Origin: an uncultured Nitrososphaerales archaeon
GTDB lineage: Archaea > Thermoproteota > Nitrososphaeria > Conexivisphaerales > UBA164
Length of the DNA: 61,924 nt
Assembly: GCA_964343315.1 (NCBI GenBank)
Contig: CAYFJA010000002.1
Span: forward strand, 1 to 61,924
Direction of reading: 5' to 3'
Shown: piece by piece, positions 56,287 to 61,924 of the stretch
How positions within the stretch are numbered: the first letter of the stretch is position 1
Layout: each line of letters begins with the position of its first letter
Translations under genes and position numbers: made by a program
The notes under the pieces: model-generated
Seen by the model: the letters and a program-made list of their open reading frames with translations, nothing else
The model's database searches: none
What the model was told of the DNA's origin: nothing

Positions 56287-56565
56287 ATGATTATTGAAGA
56301 TGTTTTAGGCTCAAAGACAAAGCTTAAAGTCATTAAGGTTCTCTCTGAGTCTAGCGCTCCTCTTTCTCTGTATTACATTCAAAGAAAGACCGGGCTGAGG
56401 AGGTCCTCATTAAAGAGCGCCATAGAGGGGCTTTCCAAAGCTGGCTTGGTTAAGGAGGTTGAAGGGCTCAACGTCAAGAAGTACGAGATAAACTCAAACA
56501 GCCCTGAAGCGAAGAAGCTTATTTCTTGTCTGATCGAGCTAGGATACATAAACACTAGGCTCTAA
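56287..56565 (+). CDS. Small winged-helix DNA-binding protein
   Basis: 92 aa. KVIKVLSESSAPLSLYYIQRKTGLRRSSLKSAIEGLSKAGLVKEV is a typical HTH plus wing. It lies 30 nt downstream of orc1/cdc6, and its 3' end overlaps the convergent polymerase gene. Confidence 0.55.
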   Translation: MIIEDVLGSKTKLKVIKVLSESSAPLSLYYIQRKTGLRRSSLKSAIEGLSKAGLVKEVEGLNVKKYEINSNSPEAKKLISCLIELGYINTRL

Positions 56566-58347
56566 AGGCTCCTCAAGCATCGGCTTAAGGCCTAACGGAT
56601 GAAGCACCGTCTCTGCAGCAGAAAGCAGCATCAGCAAGTACTTTTTCCAGTCAACGTCTTCTTTCGCAAGCTCCGGCCCTCTCCTTCCGATAAAATACTT
56701 AGCCTTATCCCCGGCCCTCAGCCCAAGCTCCTCAGCTACTATTTTTTGGGCTACGTTTGTCTTGTAGCTTTCTGGGTCCTTGCCTACCCTCTTTTCTATC
56801 AAAAGCAGCTCCGGGTCCAGAGACCCTTCCCTCAAAGCTTTAGCGTACCTCCTAACTATTTGGGCCGCTTTAGAAGCTTTCTCCTTTGCTTCTTCTAAGC
56901 TTTCACTGAAGTATATTTCCTTAATCAGCTCCTCTTGCATAAGCTTTACTAGCTTTGGATAGTCGGACCTCCTGAGCTCTATCCCCCTAGCCTCAACCTC
57001 TCCATCATAAGTAACTCCAAAATACCTCTTTATGGCTACGATCCCTTCTAAGGACTTAGCCTTAACGAAGGCTATAGACTTAAAGTGCTTGTCAACAACT
57101 GCAGGTATTCCAGTTTTGCTGGATATCTTTTCTGCTAAGGCCTTGTAGTCTTCCAGCTTTGCCCCTTCTTTGTGCAGGAACAAGGAGTCCACGTCAGCGT
57201 AAATGAGTGTAAATCCTTCGTTTTCAGCGATCTCCTTTGCCTTAAGCAGGATCTTCCTCGAGCTTAGGTTTATTTCTTCAAAGGCGTAGTGGTTTCCGAA
57301 CCTGTTAAGGGCGCACCCAGATATCCCGTACTCGCTCACCAAAATTATCTTCAGCGAGTCTGACCTGGCCTTGTAAAGCTCAGCCTTTTCTTTTTCCCTT
57401 TCTTCCCTGTAAAGCTTCTTAAACGTCAACCTCCTGCTTATCCAGAAGTCGACGACTTCAGGAATGAGCCAGCCGTGCCCGGAGTAGCTTATCTTTTCCT
57501 TTCTTATTATGTTTGGGTACTCAGACTCAAAGTCTATTGCGGCTACGTTAAAGTAAACGCCCGGCTTTTCTGCAGGTATCGTGTACCCTCCCCTGTCCCT
57601 CTTTAAAAACTCATGAAGGCTTTCTGAAGGCTCTGAATAGTGAAGCTTCGGGACAGCGAAGCCCTGAGATATAAGCGTGAACGCGTTTCTTGAGTCTATG
57701 ACCTTGTTGCTGCTCCACCTAGCCGCCAAGCCGAGAGGAAGAAAAGCGAAGATGCTCCTCTCCTGAACGTAAGCAAGGCCCTGCTTCGAGCACTCAAACC
57801 ACTGGGCCCCGTTCATAGCTATCCTGCCCGCGCAGGAGCCCTGGAGCTCGTCTACAGGGTCATCGGACCTCTTTTTTACTTCTGAGCAGCTCTTTCCGCA
57901 GACGATATCTGCTTCGGGGTCCTGGCCAACGTAAAGGGGCATGGGCTCAGGGTCGTAGTCAAGCGGGATGGGCGAGAGGTCTTGAACGTACAGCTTCCTC
58001 CCGGGCTCAACCTTAAGCTCTGTGAAGAGGAACTTCTGAATGGGGAGCAGGTCGTCGTAGACTTCTGCCCTTCTGTCAGCCTTCAGCTTCTTAACGAGCC
58101 AGCCGTAAGACTCCCAGCTCGGCTCAACCAGGGCCATGTCCTTCTCTCCGCCCCCAACCAGCTTTCTCCTTACAACGCTTACCTTTGCTACCTCAGATAG
58201 GTCTTGAACTAGGGACTCATCCTTAAAGTCAACCAGTATGTAGGGCGAATAGCTGAACACCTTCCTGTAAAAAGTGCCCCCTTCGCTCAAGAGCCAGACG
58301 TAGGCTTTGCCATGCTTGTAGTAAGCGTCGAAGAGCCATCCCTTCAT
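56539..58347 (-). CDS. Family-B DNA polymerase lacking the 3'-5' exonuclease domain (PolB2/Dpo2-like)
   Basis: PolB N-terminus GWLFDAYYKHGKAYVWLL, motif A IDFESEYPNII (DxxSLYPSII), motif B KIILVSEYGISG (KxxxNSxYG) and motif C IYADVDSLF (YxDTDS). Only ~280 aa precede motif A and no DxE Exo-I motif was seen. The ATG overlaps the upstream TGA. Confidence 0.75.
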   Translation of the reverse strand: MKGWLFDAYYKHGKAYVWLLSEGGTFYRKVFSYSPYILVDFKDESLVQDLSEVAKVSVVRRKLVGGGEKDMALVEPSWESYGWLVKKLKADRRAEVYDDLLPIQKFLFTELKVEPGRKLYVQDLSPIPLDYDPEPMPLYVGQDPEADIVCGKSCSEVKKRSDDPVDELQGSCAGRIAMNGAQWFECSKQGLAYVQERSIFAFLPLGLAARWSSNKVIDSRNAFTLISQGFAVPKLHYSEPSESLHEFLKRDRGGYTIPAEKPGVYFNVAAIDFESEYPNIIRKEKISYSGHGWLIPEVVDFWISRRLTFKKLYREEREKEKAELYKARSDSLKIILVSEYGISGCALNRFGNHYAFEEINLSSRKILLKAKEIAENEGFTLIYADVDSLFLHKEGAKLEDYKALAEKISSKTGIPAVVDKHFKSIAFVKAKSLEGIVAIKRYFGVTYDGEVEARGIELRRSDYPKLVKLMQEELIKEIYFSESLEEAKEKASKAAQIVRRYAKALREGSLDPELLLIEKRVGKDPESYKTNVAQKIVAEELGLRAGDKAKYFIGRRGPELAKEDVDWKKYLLMLLSAAETVLHPLGLKPMLEEPLEPSVYVS

Positions 58348-59216
58348 TCCTTCTTTCTTTCTGCCTCCTTCTTCAGCTTCAAGACCTCAGAGTACACCTT
58401 TATGAGAGCCATGAAGACCATAGCGTCGTAAACGGTAGCAACGTCCAAGGCGCTCATTGAAGCTGTCTCAGAGCTCCAGAGCCTTTTCAGCTCCTCATAT
58501 GCTTCCCTATCATCCCCCCTGAGCAGAGGGAGCAGCTCTTCGTCCAGAGCCTTCAAGTACTCTTCAAACCTCTCCCTAAATGACCTCGTCAGCCTCCCCA
58601 TCCAGCCCACCTCAAAGGTCTTCTTTGAGCGAAAGGGCTTTAGGACCTCCACTTCAACGCCTCCTTGGGATCTCCTGAGGCTTATTATGTAGTTTGACAG
58701 GGACCTGACCAAGCTTGTTGACTCTGGCTCTCCTTCCCCCTTAGTTAAAGCTATGAGAGGGGCGCCGGAAGCCACAGAAGCTTTGAGCATAGCGTGGAAG
58801 GCTGAGTTTGTTTCTTCCGGGCTGCTTATGAAAGAGTCCAGGCCGTGGTAAACGTAAAGCCTGTAGCCTTCCTTAAAGTGCCTTCTAGCTTCCAGGAGCC
58901 TCTGGGGGCTGTGAACGGAAACTTCAGTTATGTTTTTAGCTATGCTTGAAAACTCGAGGCATTTGGACTTTGCTATAAACCCTATGAGGTCCTGGTCTAT
59001 TATCTTTCTCTCAGAGTAATAGTCCGTAGCGTTTACGTAAAGAACAGGGCCTGAGCTTGCGGCCTCAACGACGTAGAAGTACATGGCAAGCTCTGCGAGG
59101 TCACCGAACATAAGGTAAGAGCTTTCTCCTCTTAAGCCCCCTATGAGCTCGTCGAGAGGGCTGAAGCCCCTTAGCTCAGATCCCTCTTTGATTTCAGAAG
59201 CCTTTACGAAGCTCAA
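58344..59216 (-). CDS. RecA/RadA-fold paralog with a degenerate P-loop, plus a C-terminal helical domain
   Basis: GFSPLDELIGGLRGESSYLMFGDLAELAMYF parallels the RadA/KaiC entry (LDelLgGG...G.pGsGKT), but the Walker A is replaced by GDLAELAM. The TTG start overlaps the upstream TGA. Confidence 0.5.
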   Translation of the reverse strand: MSFVKASEIKEGSELRGFSPLDELIGGLRGESSYLMFGDLAELAMYFYVVEAASSGPVLYVNATDYYSERKIIDQDLIGFIAKSKCLEFSSIAKNITEVSVHSPQRLLEARRHFKEGYRLYVYHGLDSFISSPEETNSAFHAMLKASVASGAPLIALTKGEGEPESTSLVRSLSNYIISLRRSQGGVEVEVLKPFRSKKTFEVGWMGRLTRSFRERFEEYLKALDEELLPLLRGDDREAYEELKRLWSSETASMSALDVATVYDAMVFMALIKVYSEVLKLKKEAERKKE

Positions 59217-60106
59217 AGGACACCGGCCTCTCCTATAAAGAACTCAGCCTCAGCCTGGGGCAGAGATGGGCTGTCGACGAGCTTTGCGAACCTACGATCC
59301 CCTTTCTTATATAAGAAGACCCTGTGAGTCACTGAGTGCGCCAAGACGTTTCCCCCCGCAGGCCTCAGCCTTTCTAACGCGAACGGGTTTGGGCTTGAAG
59401 TTACCTGGTTGGTTATAACAACGGCTGAGCCGTAAGCCTCAGAGATCTCCTTGAGCTTGAAAAGAAGAAGCCCGAGCCTCTGCTGCCTCTCCTGAAGGCT
59501 TTCTCTTCCAAGAAACTCAGCCCTGAAAGGGCTAACTATGCTGTCAATAACTATCAGCCTTACGTTTTCCCTGCTCAGTAGATGCGGCAGCTGAAGCACG
59601 CTCTCTTCAAGGCTTTGATATCCTACAGCCCTGCTGTAAAATATGTTGTCAAGAACTTCGCTTCTGTCCAGGCCCCTTGCCGAAGCTATCTCAGAGACCC
59701 TCTCAGCCCTGAAGGTTCCTTCGGAGTCTATGTAAGCAACCTTTCCCCCAAACCCTCCTTCCTCAGCCTTAAGCTGGCAGAGAACGCTGAGCGTTACGCA
59801 GACCTGCGTCTTGCCTGTTGAAGCTTCTCCGTAGAACTCTGTTATGGATCCCTGCTCAACTCCTCCTCCTAGGACCTTATCAAGCCCCCTGCTCCCGGTG
59901 CTGCACCTTAAGGCTTTTGACTGAAGCCTGTAGACTTCAGATGCCTGGACAAATCCTGAGCTTGAAAGCTCTCTGCTGAGGAGGAAGGTTTGGCTTGGCT
60001 TAACGCCGAGGCCCAAAGGGGCAGGGCTGCTCAGAAGGGTCTGCCCCAACAGCCTCCTCCCAGCCGATCCCATGAGATGCTTTTTGCAAGAATAATATTT
60101 AAGCAA
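59213..60106 (-). CDS. RadA/Rad51-type recombinase core without the N-terminal HhH domain
   Basis: STGSRGLDKVLGGGVEQGSITEFYGEASTGKTQVC (Walker A), KVAYIDSEGTFRAERV, LIVIDSIVSPFRAEFLGRESLQERQQRL, ITNQV and PAGGNVLAHSVTHRV. The likely true start is Met12 at 60073, about 24 nt downstream of an AT-rich box. Confidence 0.8.
   Translation of the reverse strand: MLKYYSCKKHLMGSAGRRLLGQTLLSSPAPLGLGVKPSQTFLLSRELSSSGFVQASEVYRLQSKALRCSTGSRGLDKVLGGGVEQGSITEFYGEASTGKTQVCVTLSVLCQLKAEEGGFGGKVAYIDSEGTFRAERVSEIASARGLDRSEVLDNIFYSRAVGYQSLEESVLQLPHLLSRENVRLIVIDSIVSPFRAEFLGRESLQERQQRLGLLLFKLKEISEAYGSAVVITNQVTSSPNPFALERLRPAGGNVLAHSVTHRVFLYKKGDRRFAKLVDSPSLPQAEAEFFIGEAGVL
60091..60103. promoter_or_regulatory. Shared AT-rich (TATA-like) box between the divergent radA-like and folB-like genes
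   Basis: AATAATATTTAAG is the only AT-rich element between ATG 60073 (minus) and ATG 60136 (plus). The plus-side spacer is a purine-rich, SD-like GGAGAGGGGGAGGGG. Confidence 0.3.
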
Positions 60107-60135
60107 AGGAGGACAAGAAAGGAGAGGGGGAGGGG

Positions 60136-60480
60136 ATGCCTTCTAAAGTTGGAGTAAAAGGGCTGAAGCTCAAGTGCAGGGTTGGGGTTGATCCTGGGGA
60201 GGAGCTGTTTGATAGGACCATTTTCGCTGATATAATTGTTGAGCTTGCGGATGAGTACAAAGGAGGCTTAGGGTCTACCGTCAGCTACAGCGAACTAGCT
60301 AAGAAGGTTAGAGAAAGGGTTGAAGGGAAGAGGTTTGAGCTTATAGAGGACGTAGCCAGGGAGATAGCTGGAGCCATAAAGGAGTTCAGGAACGTAAAGT
60401 CCTTTAAAATAAAGGTTGTGAAGCCCTACGTGCCTGAAGGAGCGTCGCGCGCTTTCTTCGTATACGAGGAGGTTTGCTGA
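60136..60480 (+). CDS. Dihydroneopterin aldolase-like T-fold protein (FolB/MptD-like)
   Basis: GLKLKCRVGVDPGEE...STVSYSELAKKV...FELIEDVAREIA...IKVVKPYVP follows the FolB pattern (G.hGv..E, tvdY, LiE.lA, v.v.Kp.ap). Confidence 0.55.
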   Translation: MPSKVGVKGLKLKCRVGVDPGEELFDRTIFADIIVELADEYKGGLGSTVSYSELAKKVRERVEGKRFELIEDVAREIAGAIKEFRNVKSFKIKVVKPYVPEGASRAFFVYEEVC

Positions 60481-60890
60481 TGAAGAAGCCAAGCGCATTT
60501 AACAGGCTCAGCGAAAGAGACAAAGCTGACCTGATAAACGCTATCAAGGACGACAAGTACTGGAAGGTCAGCGAGGGAGACAAAAGGTACTACTTCGCTG
60601 TCATACTTACTAGGGGAAGGACCCCTTCTTACAGAGGAAGGTACGTAAAGGTAACTGGATTTAAAACTGTTGAAGCTGATGACAGGGTTGCCTGGTTCTG
60701 CAGGAGGTACAGGGTTGGGGTCGTAGACTACAAGAGCAGAAAGCTGCTGGGGGTCTTGACTTGGAAGGCATTCAAAAAGCTGATTAAGCGCGGGGACCTG
60801 ATAGTCGGGCTCATAAACAGCGGAAGCCTTCCGCCGTACATAAACGAAAAGGCCGCTGACGAGCTGCTGAAAGAAGATTTTAAAGCTTAG
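60474..60890 (+). CDS. Hypothetical basic protein
   Basis: A 138-aa Arg/Lys-rich ORF that overlaps the folB-like gene by 7 nt. No motif recognised. Confidence 0.4.
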   Translation: MLMKKPSAFNRLSERDKADLINAIKDDKYWKVSEGDKRYYFAVILTRGRTPSYRGRYVKVTGFKTVEADDRVAWFCRRYRVGVVDYKSRKLLGVLTWKAFKKLIKRGDLIVGLINSGSLPPYINEKAADELLKEDFKA

Positions 60891-61215
60891 AGCCTTCGAG
60901 CTTGCTCAGTATTTCTTCAGATACGCTTATGCACTTTTTCAGCATCTCCCTGTGCTCTAGTAGGAGCCTTTTTCCTTCCTCGGTTATCCTGTAGACCTTA
61001 ACTTTCCTGTTGTTTATGACCTTTGAATAAGGGGTTATGCACTTCTTGTTCTGGAGGTGCTTGAGCAGAACGTAAATGTAGCCGCTGGGAACATCACCGA
61101 ACTCATTAACTATTATCTTTCTGAGCGCGTAGCCGTGCTTCTCCCCTTCAGATAAGAGAACGTAGAGGATGAAGAGGGAGATGATCCCCCTTATCAGAGT
61201 CCTTTCCTTTGCCAT
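60880..61215 (-). CDS. PadR-family transcriptional regulator
   Basis: ILYVLLSEGEKHGYALRKII...GYIYVLLKHLQNKKCI...KVYRITEEGKRLL. Confidence 0.8.
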   Translation of the reverse strand: MAKERTLIRGIISLFILYVLLSEGEKHGYALRKIIVNEFGDVPSGYIYVLLKHLQNKKCITPYSKVINNRKVKVYRITEEGKRLLLEHREMLKKCISVSEEILSKLEGSKL

Positions 61216-61297
61216 CGAGTTAAAGTTGAAAAAGGTTAGATAAAACCTTTTCAGAAAGCGAGGAAAGGTTTTTTAACTAAATAATTTATCTATTATC

Positions 61298-61804
61298 ATG
61301 CACAGATTTCACGGTCACCACGGCTTAAGGAGGTTTGCCTATGACGTCAACGAAGTCGTTGATTTCCTTGAGATAAAGCCGGGGATGAGGGTAGCGGACC
61401 TTGGAGCAGGGGATGGGTACTTTTCGAAAGCATTTAAAGAAAAGGGGGCGGAAGTCTACGCGTTTGACATAGACGATTATTATTTTGAAGAGATGCAGAA
61501 GCAGGGGATAAAGACCGTTAAAGCAGACCTCTGCGGAGAGATAGAGGGCAGCTTTGACCTCGCTTTCTTAGCTAACGTTTACCACGACCTGGCTTACGAG
61601 TGCAGGAGCTCAATATTAAACAACTTAAAAAGGGTAGCTAAAAAGGTGGCCATCCTTGACTTTAAGGAAGGGGTACCGTTCGGACCTCCGTGGAAGATCA
61701 AAAAAGAGGAAGTGATAAAGGACCTTGAAGGAGCGGGCTTTGAGCTGGAAAAAGAGAAGGACCTCAGGTTTCACTACCTGCTTGTCTTTAAGAAAAAAGA
61801 GTAA
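61298..61804 (+). CDS. Class I SAM-dependent methyltransferase
   Basis: VADLGAGDGYFS (motif I), VYAFDID (motif II) and DLAFLANVYHD. Confidence 0.75.
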   Translation: MHRFHGHHGLRRFAYDVNEVVDFLEIKPGMRVADLGAGDGYFSKAFKEKGAEVYAFDIDDYYFEEMQKQGIKTVKADLCGEIEGSFDLAFLANVYHDLAYECRSSILNNLKRVAKKVAILDFKEGVPFGPPWKIKKEEVIKDLEGAGFELEKEKDLRFHYLLVFKKKE

Positions 61805-61849
61805 AGATTAAAGAAAAACCTAAAAACGCGTCTTTTTATAGAATAAATA

Positions 61850-61924
61850 GCTCCGGTCGTATAGTCCGGTCAAGTATGTCGGCCTCTCGAGCCGAAGACC
61901 CGGGTTCAAATCCCGGCCGGAGCA
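61850..61924 (+). tRNA. tRNA-Glu (anticodon CUC); ends at the window edge
   Basis: GCUCCGG acceptor pairing with CCGGAGC, anticodon arm UCGGC-CUCUCGA-GCCGA, T arm CCGGG-UUCAAAU-CCCGG, discriminator A at 61924. Confidence 0.85.

Noticed and set aside
60107-60135. Purine/G-rich tract AAGGAGGACAAGAAAGGAGAGGGGGAGGGG as a G-quadruplex
   Set aside because: It has only two G-runs of 4 or more, which is not enough for an intramolecular G4. It is better explained as a Shine-Dalgarno-like leader of the folB-like gene.
54918-61924. Integrated element bounded by tRNA-Lys and tRNA-Glu (orc1-like, PolB-like, GC-richer content)
   Set aside because: I could not find a direct repeat of either tRNA 3' half (att-like sequence) inside the interval. 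No integrase, Cas1 (casposon) or terminal inverted repeats were found either. GC-rich composition extends leftwards into cdc48 and the cytochrome bd genes, so it does not delimit an island.
1-61924. CRISPR arrays, IS elements, rRNA genes
   Set aside because: Reading all intergenic spacers showed no regularly spaced direct repeats, no transposase- or integrase-like ORFs and no rRNA-like sequence.

Overview
This window is a gene-dense archaeal chromosomal segment, most consistent with a hyperthermophilic Thermoprotei/Crenarchaeota-type (TACK) genome. The evidence for that placement:
- It encodes ribosomal proteins S24e, S25e, S27ae, L15e and L38e.
- It also encodes Gar1, Pcc1, aSUI1, ABCE1, CDC48, Orc1/Cdc6, an archaeal-type GAPDH, archease, Pus10 and Taw3.
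- The tRNA genes lack an encoded CCA, and one carries a non-canonical intron.
- GC-rich RNA islands sit in AT-rich spacers, and many stop/start codons overlap.

About 75 protein genes and 3 tRNAs can be supported: Ala-UGC, Lys-UUU with a D-arm insert, and Glu-CUC. I also call one convincing C/D-box sRNA candidate and two coding ORFs below the 60-aa track cut-off (S27ae and a zinc-ribbon protein).

Housekeeping content includes:
- a cobalamin nucleotide-loop operon (cobS-cobY-cbiB-cobD);
- serS, cysS, glmS and proA;
- gap-pgk and a cytochrome bd oxidase.

No CRISPR array, transposase, integrase or rRNA gene was seen.

The most unusual content, in order of interest:
1. A translationally coupled operon at 56.5-60.1 kb. 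It encodes a RadA-type recombinase without the N-terminal HhH domain, a P-loop-less RecA-fold paralog, and an exonuclease-less family-B polymerase (PolB2/Dpo2-like). It lies beside a divergent Orc1/Cdc6 paralog plus a small wHTH protein.
2. A two-domain KaiC-like ATPase co-directional with two paralogous ~95-aa proteins; the first abuts its stop codon and the second follows a 64-bp spacer (34.0-35.9 kb).
3. A stand-alone NurA-HerA pair with a divergently transcribed wHTH gene (9.6-12.5 kb).
4. A nucleotidyltransferase-kinase fusion embedded in a translation-factor and ribosomal-protein gene string (46.8-49.5 kb).

All functional calls rest on motif recognition by eye. No database search was run.
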